Assembly (NCBI GenBank): GCA_963770715.1
Contig: CAVYQX010000010.1
Span: 19,138 to 83,137 of the forward strand
Origin: an uncultured Gaiellaceae bacterium
GTDB lineage: Bacteria; Actinomycetota; Thermoleophilia; Gaiellales; Gaiellaceae
Reading direction: 5' to 3'
Length of the DNA stretch: 64,000 bases
Part shown: positions 37,863-49,055 of the stretch, in pieces
How the letters are laid out: each line of letters starts with the position of its first letter
Numbering within the stretch: the first letter of the stretch is position 1
Made by a program: the position numbers and the translations under genes
Notes under the pieces: model-generated
The model's database searches: none
The model's input: the letters and a program-made list of their open reading frames with translations, nothing else
Told to the model about the DNA's origin: nothing

Positions 37863-39323
37863 ATGGACGAAGGGCTGGTCCTCCTCGTTGTCGGCGCGAT
37901 CCTGGCTGCGAGCGCGTTCGCTGCGCTCGCAGCGGCACGCACCGGCGTCCCGGTGCTGGTCGCGTTCCTGGCGCTCGGAATGTTGCTCGGCTCGGATGGG
38001 CCCGGAGGCATCGACTTCGACGACGCCGAGCTCGCACGTCAAGTTGGCGTCGTCGGCCTCGCGCTCATCCTCTTCGAGGGCGGACTTCAGACGTCGTGGC
38101 GGCGCCTGCGAGCCGTCGCCGCGCCGGCGGCGATGCTCAGCACGGTCGGCGTGGTCGTCACGGCGCTCCTCGTCGGTGTCGCCTCGCAGGCGCTGTTCGA
38201 CCTGTCGTGGCTCGAGTCGATCCTGCTCGGCGCCGTCGTCGCATCGACGGACGCGGCGGCGGTGTTCGCCACCCTCCGCTTCACGCACATTCGGCGACGC
38301 CTTGCGCGCACCCTCGAGGCGGAGTCGGGGGGCAACGACCCGATGGCGATCGCTCTCACCCTGGGCCTGATCGCGTGGATCGAGAGCCCGGACACCTACG
38401 GCTTCGAGAATCTCGTGCTCGTCGTCGTCCGGCAGCTCGGGCTCGGGCTGCTCGTCGGGATCGTGCTGGGTGCGGCCGCAACGTGGGTCTTCGCCCGGCT
38501 CCCGAGCTCGATCGGCCCGTTCGCGCCGGTCGCGACGCTCTCCGCGGTCGGAATCTCGTTCGGTGCGGCCGACGTCATCGGGGGAAGCGGGTTCCTCGCC
38601 GTCTACCTCGTCGGCCTGGCCATCGGGAGCACGCCTTCGCCGTATCGCCGCCAGCTCGTGGGCTTCCACGAAGGGCTCGCGTTCCTCGCACAGGTGGGTC
38701 TGTTCATCGTCCTGGGCCTGCTCGTGTTCCCGCACGAGCTCACACCCGTCGCGCTTTCTGGCCTCGGCCTTGCCCTCCTTCTCGTCTTCGCGATCCGGCC
38801 CGTCGCGGTGTGGGCGTCCACCGTGATGTTCGACTTCACGACGCGCGAGCGTGCGCTCCTCGGCTGGGCGGGCCTCCGCGGCGCGGTCCCGATCGTGCTG
38901 GCGACCTTCGCCCTCTCCTCGGACGACGTCGCGAACGCCGACACGATCTTCAACGCCGTCTTCTTCGTGGTCGTCGTCTCGGTGATCCTGCAGGGGACGA
39001 CGCTCGAACGCGTCGCCCGCCGGCTCGAGGTCGTCGTGCCGTCCCCACAGGCGCACCAGCCTCCTCTGGAGGTCGGCGCGCTGAGCGAGCTCGACGTCGT
39101 CGACTTCGTGGTCGCACCGGATCATGCGATCGCCGGCTCCGCCGTCCGTGAGCTCGGACTGCCGCGCACGGCGATCGTCGCCGTCGTCGTACGCGGCGAC
39201 GACTCGATACCGCCGCGCGGCAGCACCGTCATCGAGCCGGGCGACCGCCTCTACGTCCTTGCGCCCCACTCGGATCAGCCCGCAGTCGAGGACGTCTTCG
39301 CCCGCTGGCGCAGGCGTGTATAG
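37863..39323 (+). CDS. K+/H+ antiporter (CPA1, NhaP2-like) with C-terminal TrkA-C domain
   Basis: ORF 37629..39323; ATG 37863. MDEGLVLLVVGAILAASAFAALAAARTGVPVLVAFLALGMLLGSDGPGGI...ESGGNDPMAIAL...; intact. Confidence 0.85.
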   Translation: MDEGLVLLVVGAILAASAFAALAAARTGVPVLVAFLALGMLLGSDGPGGIDFDDAELARQVGVVGLALILFEGGLQTSWRRLRAVAAPAAMLSTVGVVVTALLVGVASQALFDLSWLESILLGAVVASTDAAAVFATLRFTHIRRRLARTLEAESGGNDPMAIALTLGLIAWIESPDTYGFENLVLVVVRQLGLGLLVGIVLGAAATWVFARLPSSIGPFAPVATLSAVGISFGAADVIGGSGFLAVYLVGLAIGSTPSPYRRQLVGFHEGLAFLAQVGLFIVLGLLVFPHELTPVALSGLGLALLLVFAIRPVAVWASTVMFDFTTRERALLGWAGLRGAVPIVLATFALSSDDVANADTIFNAVFFVVVVSVILQGTTLERVARRLEVVVPSPQAHQPPLEVGALSELDVVDFVVAPDHAIAGSAVRELGLPRTAIVAVVVRGDDSIPPRGSTVIEPGDRLYVLAPHSDQPAVEDVFARWRRRV

Positions 39324-39535
39324 GGAGTCCCAGAGGTTTTGGTAGACACGACCATAACCAGGTGCTATCGTAACAGTCGTAATGACCAATACCAACACCG
39401 CTGAGGCCGACCGCGCCGGCGCTGCGCCGCCGGACTGGGCGCCACCCCACCGGCAGCCGCGTCCGGCGCGACACGCTGGGCCGGGCCCGCGACTAGCTCG
39501 CTCCGCGCGGACCCCGACCCGCTGATCGAAGACGC

Positions 39536-40305
39536 ATGACCGATCGCATGCACGCCATGGACGTGCCGGCGGGCTACGACCCGGCGGAGTTCCCGGCATT
39601 TGCCGTCACCGTCGACATCGTGATCCTGACGATGGCCGACGGCCGGCTGCAGGTGCTGCTCGTGCGCCGCGGCATCGCCCCTTTCGAAGGCATGTGGGCG
39701 ATCCCGGGCGGCTTCAAGCGTCCGAACGAGACGCTCGACGAGGCGGCCACGCGCGAGCTCGCGGAGGAGACCGGCGTGGAGCGCCGCCGCGGTGCTCAAC
39801 CAGTTCGGCGCGTACGGCGATCCTGGCCGCGATCCGCGTATGAACGTCGTCACGGTGGCGTACCTCGCCGTGCTCCGTGACCTGGGAGACGTCGTCGCCG
39901 GGACCGATGCTGCGCACGCCGCGCTCGTTCCGGTTTCCGACGCACTCGACGGGAAGCTCGAGCTCGCATTCGACCACGCGCCGCATCGTGCGAGACGCGG
40001 TCGAGCGGGTCCGCGTCGACCTCGAGCGCCGGGGAATCGCGACCGCGTTCGTCGGCTCGACCTTCACGCTCGCCGAGCTCCGCGCCGTCTACGAGGCCGT
40101 CTGGGGCGTGCACTTGGACGGCGCGAACTTTCGACGCAGCATCCTCGCCGAAGAGGGGTGGGTGATCCCGACCGGGCGGCGCGCACGCCCGGGAGCGACC
40201 GGCGGCAAGCCGGCGGAGCTGTATCGCGCGGGGCGGATGTGGCAGCAGGGCGGCGGCCCGATCCGTTTCCCGCAGCCGAGCGAGAAGAGGAAGGGGAAGA
40301 AGTGA
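39536..40305 (+). pseudogene. Nudix hydrolase fused to a winged-helix domain (NrtR-like); two frame breaks (~39785, ~39975)
   Basis: Nudix box GMWAIPGGFKRPNETLDEAATRELAEETGV (ORF 39536..), then LNQFGAYGDPGRDPRMNVVTVAYLAVL (ORF 39792..), then RIVRDAVERVRVDLERRGIATAFVGSTFTLAELRAVYEAVWG (ORF 39877..40305). Confidence 0.7.
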
Positions 40306-41254
40306 GAGCAGTCGTTCGCGACACCTACGGGCCGCCGGAGGTCCTGCGGATCGAAGACGTCGAGCGTCCGGTACCGAACGACGACGAGATCCTCGTCCGG
40401 GTCCATGCAACGACCGTCAACCGGACGGACTGCGGATGGCGCAGCGGGAGCCCGTTCTTCGCCCGCTACTTCACGGGCGTTCGTCGGCCGAAGTGGCGCA
40501 CGCTCGGGATGGAGTTCGCCGGCGAGGTGGAGGTTGTCGGCTCGGCCGTGACGGAGTTCGACGTCGGCGACCGCGTGTTCGGAGTCAAGGGCCACGGCGC
40601 CAACGCGGAGTTCGTGTCCGTCCGAGCGAGTGGAGCGGTGGCTCACATGCCGACCGGCATGAGCTTCGAGGAGGCCGCCGCCATCTGCGACGGCGCATGC
40701 ATCGCGCTGTCCTGCCTGCGGAACGCCGACCTTCGCGAGGGCCGAACCCTCGTCGTGTACGGCGCCTCCGGCTCGTCGGCACGGCCGCCGTGCAGCTCGC
40801 GCGCCACTTCGGCGCGCACGTCACGGCGGTCTGCACCACGAAGAACGTCGAGCTCGTCCGCTCGCTCGGCGCGGACGAGGTGATCGACTACCTGCGGGAG
40901 GACTTCACGAAGAACGGCAAGACCTACGACGTCGTCTTCGACGCCGTGGGCAAGCACTCGTATCGCCGCTGCCGGCGCTCACTTGCACCCGACGGAAGCT
41001 ACATCGATACGGACCTCGGGTTCATGTGGCACGTCCCGCTGCTCGCGCTCACTACCAAACGGGTCACGCTCGGAATCGCGAAGTACACGAAGGAGGACGT
41101 CGTCTTTCTCAAGGATCTCGTCGAGTCCGGCGAGTACCGCGCGGTGATCGACCGCACCTATCGGCTCGAGGAGGTCGTCGAGGCGACGAAGTACGTCGAG
41201 ACGGAGCAGAAGACCGGCAACGTCGTCCTCACGCTGGACGGCGCGACTCGATGA
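40302..41254 (+). pseudogene. Zn-type/quinone oxidoreductase (MDR superfamily); frame broken near 40773
   Basis: GTG 40302. RAVVRDTYGPPEVLRIEDVERPVPNDDEILVRVHATTVNRTD...VVYGASGS, then VGTAAVQLARHFGAHVTAVCTTKNVELVRSLGADEVIDY (ORF 40436..41254). Confidence 0.75.
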
Positions 41255-42234
41255 AGGCGGTGATCCACGAGCGCTTCGGATCGCCGGAGCGGGCGGTCGA
41301 GGTCCGCGAGCTGGAGAAGCCCGAGCCGGGCCCGGACGAGGTGCTCGTCCGCGTTCGCGCGGCGTCCGTCAACATCGCCGAGTGGTACGCCGTGACCGGG
41401 CGACCGTGGATCGCGCGTTCGACCGTTGGGTTCCGACGGCCACGCGAGACCCGGCTCGGCGCCGACTACGCGGGCGTCGTCGAGGCCGTCGGGAGCGAGG
41501 TCACGCAGTTTCGGCGCGGCGACGAGGTCTTCGGCGCGCGCACCGGCGCGTACGCGGAGTACGTGGCGGTGAAGGCCGACCGTGCGATCGCGCTGAAGCC
41601 CGCGAACGTCACGTTCGAGGAGGCAGCGGCGGTCGGCGTTGCAGCGACCACCGCGCTGCAGGCGCTTCGCGACAAGGGCGGGCTCGAGGGGGGCCAGCGC
41701 GTCCTCGTCCACGGCGCGTCCGGCGGCGTCGGCACGTTCGCGGTTCAGATCGCGAAGGCGCTCGGGGGCGAGGTGACCGCGGCGTGCAGCACGCCGAACG
41801 TCGAAATCGCGCGGTCGCTCGGAGCCGACGTCGTCGTCGACTACACGCAGGAGGACGTGACGCGCGGCGACCGGCGCTTCGACCTCGTGATCGACATCGC
41901 CGGGACGCGACGATTCTCGGAGCTGCGGCGCGTTCTCACTCCGCATGCGACCGTCGTCGTGGTCGGAGGGCCGAGGGCGAATCGCCTGCTCGGCCCGCTG
42001 GGCCACGTGATCGCTTGCCGGCTCGCGGCGCTGTTCGCGAGCCAGAAGGCGACGTTCTTCATCGCGAAGCTCAACGAGACGGACACGGAGACGCTGCGCG
42101 AGCTCCTCGAAGCAGGGAAGCTCCGGTCCGTCGTCGACAGCGTCTATCCGCTCGAGCGAATCGCCGACGCGCTGACACACCAGGGCGATGGGCATCCCCG
42201 CGGCAAGATCGTCGTCACCATCCCCGACGCTTGA
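41251..42234 (+). CDS. NADPH:quinone oxidoreductase-like (MDR superfamily)
   Basis: ATG 41251 overlaps the previous stop (ATGA). MKAVIHERFGSPERAVEVRELEKPEPGPDEVLVRVRAASVN...VLVHGASGGVGTFAVQIAKALG; intact. Confidence 0.85.
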   Translation: MKAVIHERFGSPERAVEVRELEKPEPGPDEVLVRVRAASVNIAEWYAVTGRPWIARSTVGFRRPRETRLGADYAGVVEAVGSEVTQFRRGDEVFGARTGAYAEYVAVKADRAIALKPANVTFEEAAAVGVAATTALQALRDKGGLEGGQRVLVHGASGGVGTFAVQIAKALGGEVTAACSTPNVEIARSLGADVVVDYTQEDVTRGDRRFDLVIDIAGTRRFSELRRVLTPHATVVVVGGPRANRLLGPLGHVIACRLAALFASQKATFFIAKLNETDTETLRELLEAGKLRSVVDSVYPLERIADALTHQGDGHPRGKIVVTIPDA

Positions 42235-42270
42235 CGACACGTCGGTCGGGCGGGCACGCTAGTCGGGCCG

Positions 42271-42911
42271 ATGCTCCGCCTCCTCGCCGTCCCGCTCGCG
42301 CTCGTCGCGCTTCACCAGGTCGAGTCGTCGATCCGACCGCTGCCGCAGTCGCTGAAGTCGAACCTCGAGCACGGTCAGTGGCGGCCCGGCTGCCCGGTCG
42401 CGCTCTCGGACCTGCGGCTCGTGACGGTGCCCTACGTCGACTTCGACGGCCAGACGCGCGAGGGGCAGATCATCGTGCACCGGGACGTCGCGGGGTCCGT
42501 GTCGAAGGTGTTTCGAGAGGCTGTACAAGCTGAAGTTCCCGATCCGGCACATGCGCCTCTCCGACATGTACGGACCGCCGCGCGCGATTCCCGGACGACG
42601 AGGACGTCACCGGCTCGTTCTGGTGCCGGGACTCGGTCCCCTCACCGTGCGTCGGCGGTTCCGCGAGCGGTCACTGGTCGAATCACGCCTACGGGTACGC
42701 GATCGACATCAACCCGATCGAGAACCCGTACATCGGCTGCGGGAAGGTGCACGACCCGCGCATGCGGCCCTACGTCGACAGGTCGCGGCTGAAGAAGGGC
42801 ATGGTGACGCCGGCGGTCGTGCGCGCGTTCCGCTCCATCGGCTGGGGGTGGGGTGGCGACTGGTCGAGCGGGACGAAGGACTACATGCACTTCTCGACCA
42901 ACGGCCACTGA
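42271..42911 (+). pseudogene. M15-family D-Ala-D-Ala carboxypeptidase-like peptidase; at least two frame breaks (~42520, ~42595)
   Basis: MLRLLAVPLALVAL...CPVALSDLRLVTVPYVDFDGQTREGQIIVHRDVAGSVSKVF, then FPIRHMRLSDMYGPP, then HWSNHAYGYAIDINPIENPY...GWGWGGDWSSGTKDYMHFSTNGH with the stop at 42911. Confidence 0.65.
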
Positions 42912-42937
42912 GCCCGCGGCCGGTCGGCCGCGTCGGC

Positions 42938-43280
42938 CTACGAGGGCCAGCGCGGCGGAACCGGGTGCGCTCGCTCGAGAGCCGCCCAGTCGTCGCGCGG
43001 CGGCGAGAAGACGTCGAAGACGACGGCGCCCTCCGGACCGGTGTGCACCTCGTGCGGACGTGTCGGGCGGGATGCGCCACGTCCCTCCAGGCCCGAGCTC
43101 GCGCACCTCGTCGCCGACACGGAACGACACGGTCCCGCTCACGACCATCCCGAGCTGCTCGTTCGGGTGCCGATGCTCCGGTACGACGCTGTTCGGATCG
43201 AGCTCGACGACGCCGAACGAGCATTGCCCGCCGTCGACCGTGCGCGCGAGCACGCCGTCCCAGATGTCGATCGGGCCCAT
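42938..43280 (-). pseudogene. Small cupin-domain protein; frame broken near 43065
   Basis: [73 protein letters not shown], then [24 protein letters not shown] (ORF 42938..43120). Confidence 0.6.
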
Positions 43281-43298
43281 CGCGTGCGAGGTCGTCGA

Positions 43299-43814
43299 AT
43301 GCAGACATACGCACTAGTCTCTCACGCCGTGGAGATCCGTGACCTGCGCCCGGACGAGACGGAGTTCCTGCTGCGAGATGCTGTACACGGCGCTCGCGTG
43401 GCGCCCTGGCGTGGAGCTTCCTCAGCGCGAGTGGGTGCTCGAGCATCCGCAGGTGGCGCCGTTCCACACGGCGTGGGGGAGGGAGGGAGACACGGGCCTC
43501 GTGGCCGAGGAGGACGGCTCGCGCTGCGGGCTCGCGTGGTACCGCTTCTTCACCGAGCGACGAGCACGGCGAGGGATACGTCGACGAGGCGACGCCCGAG
43601 GTCGCCGTGGCGGTCGTGGACGGGCATGCGCGGACGGGGCATCGGCGGCGCGCTCATGGTCGCGATCCACGATCGTGCGCGCAAGCAGGGCGTCGAGCGC
43701 ATCTCGCTGAGCGTCGACCCCGACAACCCCGCGAAGCGCCTCTACGTCCGGCTCGGCTACGTCGACCTCGAGCCCGGGGACGAGAACGGGAGGATGATCC
43801 TCGAGCTGGCGTAG
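43299..43814 (+). pseudogene. GNAT-family N-acetyltransferase; several frame breaks
   Basis: [25 protein letters not shown], then [58 protein letters not shown], then [45 protein letters not shown]. Confidence 0.65.
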
Positions 43815-43824
43815 GGTCTCGCGC

Positions 43825-44565
43825 GTGGACGCCCTCGTCCCCATTCCGCGAGACCGGCAGGACCTTCCGCGTCGCGTACACGTGCGTCTCTCGGACACCG
43901 ACGAGACGGGCCGGCTGCGACTCGACGCGGTCGCTCGCTACCTCCAGGACGCGGCGATCGACGACGTCCAGGAGACGGGCTGGGGTGCTCCCGAGCACCT
44001 CTGGGTCCTGCGCTCGGTGCGGATCGACGTCCTCGCACCGTTCCTCGAGGACCGCGGCGTCGACATCGTGACCTGGGGAAGCAGCTTCTCGGCGCTCGCA
44101 GCCGGTCGACGCTGGTCGCTCAGAGGAGACGCCGGCGGCGCGATCGAGGTCGACAGCGCCTGGATCCACCTCGGCCCCGATGCGCGCCCGGCACGCATCG
44201 GGGAGGGCTTCGACGGCTACGCCGAGGCGGCGCAGGGGCGCGTCACCTCCACGAAACTCAGGCTCGAGGCGCCGCCGATCGGCGGCGAGCGACGGACTTG
44301 GCCGCTCCGCCTCACGGACGTCGACCGCATGGGCCACGTGAACAACGCCGCCTACTGGGCTGCCGTGGAGGAGCGGCTGCCCGCCATCGGCCTCGATCCT
44401 CGCGGCCGGCTCTGCGCGCGTCTCGACTATCGCCACCCGATCGATCTCGGAGAGCGCGTCGAGCTCGTGGAGAGCGTCGAGGACGGTCGCTACGGGTTCG
44501 CGTTCGTCGTCGACGACGCGGTCAGGGCGGTCGGCCACGTCGACCAGATCGCCTCGCCCTCCTAG
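43825..44565 (+). CDS. Acyl-ACP thioesterase-like hotdog-fold protein
   Basis: ORF 246 aa: RVHVRLSDTDETGRLRLDAVARYLQDAAIDD...LRLTDVDRMGHVNNAAYWAAVEE. Confidence 0.7.
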   Translation: MDALVPIPRDRQDLPRRVHVRLSDTDETGRLRLDAVARYLQDAAIDDVQETGWGAPEHLWVLRSVRIDVLAPFLEDRGVDIVTWGSSFSALAAGRRWSLRGDAGGAIEVDSAWIHLGPDARPARIGEGFDGYAEAAQGRVTSTKLRLEAPPIGGERRTWPLRLTDVDRMGHVNNAAYWAAVEERLPAIGLDPRGRLCARLDYRHPIDLGERVELVESVEDGRYGFAFVVDDAVRAVGHVDQIASPS

Positions 44566-44620
44566 AGAATCGCCAGACCGCTCTCAGCGGGCTCTTAGGC
44601 GGTTTCTCTACCTTCTCGTC

Positions 44621-45346
44621 ATGAACGACGACACGGGCGATCGCCACGACTCGCTGAGCCGGCGCAGTGCACTCACGAAGCTCGGCGGCCTGGCCGCCGT
44701 CGCGCTCGGCGGAAGTGCGCTGGGCGCGCGCGAGCTTCTCGACGCCGACGAGGCGGGCGCGGCGGGCGCCGGCCCGGCCGCCGTCGCGTCGGGCTCGTGT
44801 CGTGCGTGCTCGCGCCCGAGCAGACGGAAGGGCCGTACTACGTCGACGACGCGGTCGTCCGCCGAAACGTCACCGAAGGGAAGCCCGGCGTCGCGCTGAC
44901 GCTGCGGCTGACCGTCGTGAACGTCGCCAACTGCAAGCCGATCACGGGTGCCGCCGTCGAGATCTGGCACTGCGACGCGGGAGGCGTCTACTCGGGCGTC
45001 CAGGGCGACACCGGGATGTTCCTCCGCGGCGTCCAGCGGACCGACGCCAAAGGCGTCGCGATCTTCCGCACGATCTACCCCGGCTGGTACCAGGGACGCA
45101 CGGTGCACGTCCACACGATGGTGCATCTCGGCGGCAACGTCGTGCACACGGGCCAGCTCTATTTCCCGGACGCGGTCACCGATGTCGTCTACAAGCGGAG
45201 CCCGTACAACCGGCGTCCGAGCCGGGACCCGAGGAACTCCGGGCGACAGCATCTACCGCAACGGCGGAAAGCGGTCGACGCTCAGGCTCGTCCGTACCGG
45301 CGCGGCTTACGCGGGCTCGATCACCATGGGTGTCCAGCGGTCGTAG
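44621..45346 (+). pseudogene. Intradiol ring-cleavage dioxygenase-like protein with Tat-type signal; two frame breaks (~44795, ~45235)
   Basis: SRRSALTKLGGLAAVALGG (ORF 44621..), then CVLAPEQTEGPYYVDD...IWHCDAGGVYSG...FRTIYPGWYQGRTVHVH (ORF 44797..), then ADSIYRNGGKRSTLRL...MGVQRS (ORF 44948..45346). Confidence 0.7.
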
Positions 45347-45443
45347 CCCAAGGCCGATCAGTGCTTCACTGCCCGCTAATGCGAAACCTCCACCGTGCGT
45401 GCTTACGTATGAGACCTCTGAGCCGCGAGAGAAGGGACGACGA

Positions 45444-46461
45444 ATGACCGAGAACGTGGAGCGGAGCCGCCCTGACGCCGGAGCAGGCGCAGGAGCAGCT
45501 CGAGCAGGCCCTCTTCGAGATCCGTCGGATCATCGCCGGGCAGGACGCGATGCTCGAGCGGGTGCTCGTCTGCCTTCTTGCGCAGGGCCACCTCCTCATC
45601 GAAGGCGTGCCCGGGCTCGCCAAGACCCTGACGATCAAGACCACCGCGGGTGTCCTCGGCGGATCGTTCGCGCGCGTCCAGTTCACGCCGGACCTCGTTC
45701 CCTCCGACCTCGTCGGCACGCGCATCTACCGCCCGCAGGAGGGCACGTTCGACACGGAGCTCGGCCCCGTGTTCTGCAACTTCCTGCTCGCCGACGAGAT
45801 CAACCGTGCTCCGGCGAAGGTGCAGTCCGCGCTCCTCGAGGTGATGCAGGAGCGACAGGTGACGATCGGGCACGAGACCCACCCGGTGCCCTCGCCGTTC
45901 CTCGTGATGGCGACCCAGAACCCGATCGAGTCCGAAGGCACGTACCCGCTGCCGGAGGCTCAGATCGACCGCTTCCTCCTGAAGGTGCTGATCGGCTACC
46001 CGCAGCACGACGAGGAGCTCACCGTCGTCCAGCGCCAGCTCGTCGACCATCCGGAGCTGAAGCAGGTGCTGTCGCTCGAGGAGCTCGCGGCTCTTCAGCG
46101 CGCCGTCTTCGACATCTACGTCGATCCCTCGCTCGTGAGCTATGCGGTCGACATCGCGACCGCCACGCGTGAGCCGGAAGCGCATGGGCTTCCCGACCTC
46201 GCGCAGTACATCTCGTACGGCGCCAGCCCGCGCGGCCCGATCAGCCTCGTCCAGGGCGCCCGAGCGCTCGCGCTGATCCGCGGTCGCGAGTATGCCGTCG
46301 TCGAGGACATCCAGGCACTCGCCCGGGACGCGCTACGGCACCGGCTCGTGCTCTCGTACCAGGCACTCGCGGAGGAGGTAACCCCCGACTCGATCCTCGA
46401 CCAGGTGCTCGCCGTGGTCCCGACGCCGCAAATCGACCTCGCGCGAGCCACCGCCGCATGA
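45444..46461 (+). pseudogene. MoxR-family AAA+ ATPase; frame broken ~20 nt after the start
   Basis: ATG 45444 (MTENVE), then ORF 45550..46461 and its upstream extension (LEQALFEIRRIIAGQDAMLERVLVCLLAQGHLLIEGVPGLAKTL...LLADEINRAPAKVQSALLEVMQE...). Confidence 0.85.
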
Positions 46462-46468
46462 GAATCGC

Positions 46469-47395
46469 GTGAGGAACGCGGGCGCGCTCCTCGCGCGGCC
46501 GACCGCGGCCCGCCCAGGCCCCGGCCCAATGGCCGAGGGGCTGCTTCGCGCGCTCGACATCTCGATCGGCCGCCGCGTCGAGGGCCTCCTCGCCGGGGAC
46601 TTCCGGTCGAACCTCCTCGGCACGGGCACCGAGCTCGCGATGATCCGGCCGTACGTTCCCGGAGACGACGTCCGGCGAATCGACTGGGCGGTGACGGCGA
46701 GAACCGGGGAAACGCACGTGCGCGTCGACCTCGCCGAGCGCGTGCTGGTGACCTGGCTCGTCCTCGACGCATCCGTCTCCATGCATTTCGGCACGGCCGA
46801 TCGCCGGAAGGCCGACGTCGCGGAAGGCGTCGCGGTCGCGATCGGGCACCTCTCGACGAGGCGGGGTAACAGGCTCGGGGTGGTCACCTTCGGTGGGGAG
46901 CAGTCCCACGCGCTCCCACCGCGTCAGGGACGCGTCGGGCTCGTGGGGCTGCTGGCAGCCCTTCGCACGGAGCCACCCGCTGACGGGCCCGGCTCGACGA
47001 CGCTCGGGAGCGCCCTCCGCCACACAGGCGCTCTCGCCCGCCAGCGGTCGCTCGTCGTCGTGGTCTCGGACTTCCGTGGCGGTCAGGAGTGGCGGCGCCC
47101 GCTCCTCCAGCTCGCCGGACAGCACGACGTCGTGGCCGTCGAGGTGCGAGACCCACGCGAGCAGGAGCTTACGAATGTGGGGCTCCTCTACCTCGTCGAT
47201 CCCGAGACCGGACGCCAGCTGCGCGTCGACACGCGGAGCCGGCGCCTGCGCGAGCGCTTCGCCGTCGCGGCTGCCGCGGAGCGCGCGGACCTCTCGCGCT
47301 CGCTCTCGTCGGCCGGGGTCCGCCATGTCGTCCTGACGACGTCGGGCGACTGGCTGCGCCCGCTCGTCATCTTCCTGCGGAGGAGCCGCTCGTGA
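46469..47395 (+). CDS. DUF58-family protein (MoxR-operon partner)
   Basis: ORF 308 aa: ELAMIRPYVPGDDVRRIDWAVTARTGETHVR...VVVVSDF. Confidence 0.85.
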   Translation: MRNAGALLARPTAARPGPGPMAEGLLRALDISIGRRVEGLLAGDFRSNLLGTGTELAMIRPYVPGDDVRRIDWAVTARTGETHVRVDLAERVLVTWLVLDASVSMHFGTADRRKADVAEGVAVAIGHLSTRRGNRLGVVTFGGEQSHALPPRQGRVGLVGLLAALRTEPPADGPGSTTLGSALRHTGALARQRSLVVVVSDFRGGQEWRRPLLQLAGQHDVVAVEVRDPREQELTNVGLLYLVDPETGRQLRVDTRSRRLRERFAVAAAAERADLSRSLSSAGVRHVVLTTSGDWLRPLVIFLRRSRS

Positions 47396-48352
47396 GCTTC
47401 GACTGGCCGATCGCGCTCGCTGCGCTCGCTCTGCTCCCGGTCCTCGTGGCGCTCTACATCGACCGCGATCGCCGACGTGTCGCCTCGCAGGCCGACTTCG
47501 GGAATCCCGACCTGATCCCCAACGTGGTCGACCGCAGTCCCGGCAGGCTGCGTTACCTCCCGCCGATCACCTTGCTCGTCGCGCTCGTCTTCCTCATCGT
47601 CGGCGTTGCGCGGCCGCATGCGACCGTCAGCGTGCCGCGGGAAGAGGCGACGATCGTCCTCGCGATCGACGTCTCCCGCTCGATGAAGGCGAAGGACGTC
47701 GAGCCGACGCGACTCGACGCCGCGCGCGTAGCGGCCAAGACCTTCCTCGACGAGGTGCCGGAGAAGTTCCGCGTCGGCGTCGTCTCGTTCGCGACACGCG
47801 CGGTGGTGGGAGTGGCGCCGACCGAGGATCGGAAGCTCGTCACGACCTCCCTCGACACGCTCAAGCCGGGCGAGGGAACCGCGATCGGCGACGCCGTCGC
47901 ACTGTCGCTGCTCGTCGGTCAACCGAAGGAGGAAGGAGCCGTGGCGCCGCCCCGCGCGGTCGTGGTCATCTCCGACGGCGCGCAGGACGGCGGGCGGATC
48001 CAGCCCGACGAGGCGGCGAGGCAGGCGAAGAAGCTCGGCGTGCCCGTCTACACGGTGCTCGTCGGCACACCGGAGGGCGTGGTCGAAGAAGAGGTGACCG
48101 GAGGGTTCCGAAGGATCATCAGGGTCCCGCCCAACCCGGAGACCCTCCAGCTGGTCGCGAAGGGATCGGGCGGAGAGTTCTTCGCCGCTCCCGACGCAGA
48201 CGGGCTCAAGCGTGTCTACGAGGAGCTCGGCTCGCGCCTCGGCAGCGCACAAGCAGGACCGCGAGATCACCGATCTCTTCGCCGCGCTCGCTGCCGGTCT
48301 CCTGCTCGTCGGCGGCGTGACTTCGGCATTCTTCCTGAGAGGCGTCTGGTGA
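47392..48352 (+). pseudogene. VWA-domain membrane protein (BatA-like); frame broken near 48250
   Basis: GTG 47392 (GTGA overlap). ATIVLAIDVSRSMKAKDVEPTRLDAARVAAKTFLD...VVVISDGAQDGG...; the C-terminal TM DLFAALAAGLLLVGGVTSAFFLRGVW is in another frame. Confidence 0.8.
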
Positions 48353-49055
48353 GGGTCTTGAGAGCGCTCTGGGCGGTCGGGGTGGCGGTTGGCGTACTGG
48401 CCGTCGCATGCCCCCGCGGGCGCCGCGAACGAGTGCGACGGGTTGCATGATCTGCGTCTCCGTCCCCGGACCGTGGGTCGTGGTCCCTGCGTCGACCGGT
48501 GCCGCCCGCACGCCCGTCGAGTACCAGCTCACGTGTCCGCGCGGGCACGTCGTGGGCGGTCTCGACGCCCGGCTGAGCGTCCGTGGCATCGACGTCCAGT
48601 TCCTCGGGAAGCTCGGGAGCCCCGTGAACCCTGGCATCTCGACGACGCGCTCCGCGGTCTTCCGGGCGACGTACGTCGGACAGTCCGATCGCGCGGCGAC
48701 GTTCAAGCCGTTCATCGGCTGCATCCCCGCCGCCGGTGGCGGCACCCGCGTTCCGACGTCCGTCGGGGTGTTCCGGCCGGGGGAGCCCGTGACGCGACGC
48801 GTGCGCACCGTGCGGATCCGGCCCGGCGCGACGACGATCGTTCAACGCTGCACGTCCGGCGAGCGCCTCGTCGGCGGTTCGCACGCCTTCGCCTTCGCAA
48901 CTCGCAACGCGCCGAGCGCGAGCCTCGTCTCGAGCGTGTCCGGCTCGGAGGCGATCGGCAGCGCCGGTGTCGTCGTTCGCGTCCGCGGCGACGCCGAGCT
49001 CGCGGGCGTACGCGCGCTCGTCCAGGTCCACGCGCTCTGCACGAGGTCGAGATGA
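48349..49055 (+). pseudogene. Secreted hypothetical protein inside the Bat-like operon; N-terminal frame breaks
   Basis: Signal-like RVLRALWAVGVAVGVLAVA, then ORF 48408..49055 (CVSVPGPWVVVPASTGAARTPVEYQLTCPRGHVVGGLDARLSV...). Confidence 0.4.

Noticed and set aside
37758-39599. 613-aa minus-strand ORF
   Set aside because: It is an antisense shadow of the intact K+/H+ antiporter gene. It is Arg/Asp/Glu-rich and low-complexity, with no motif.
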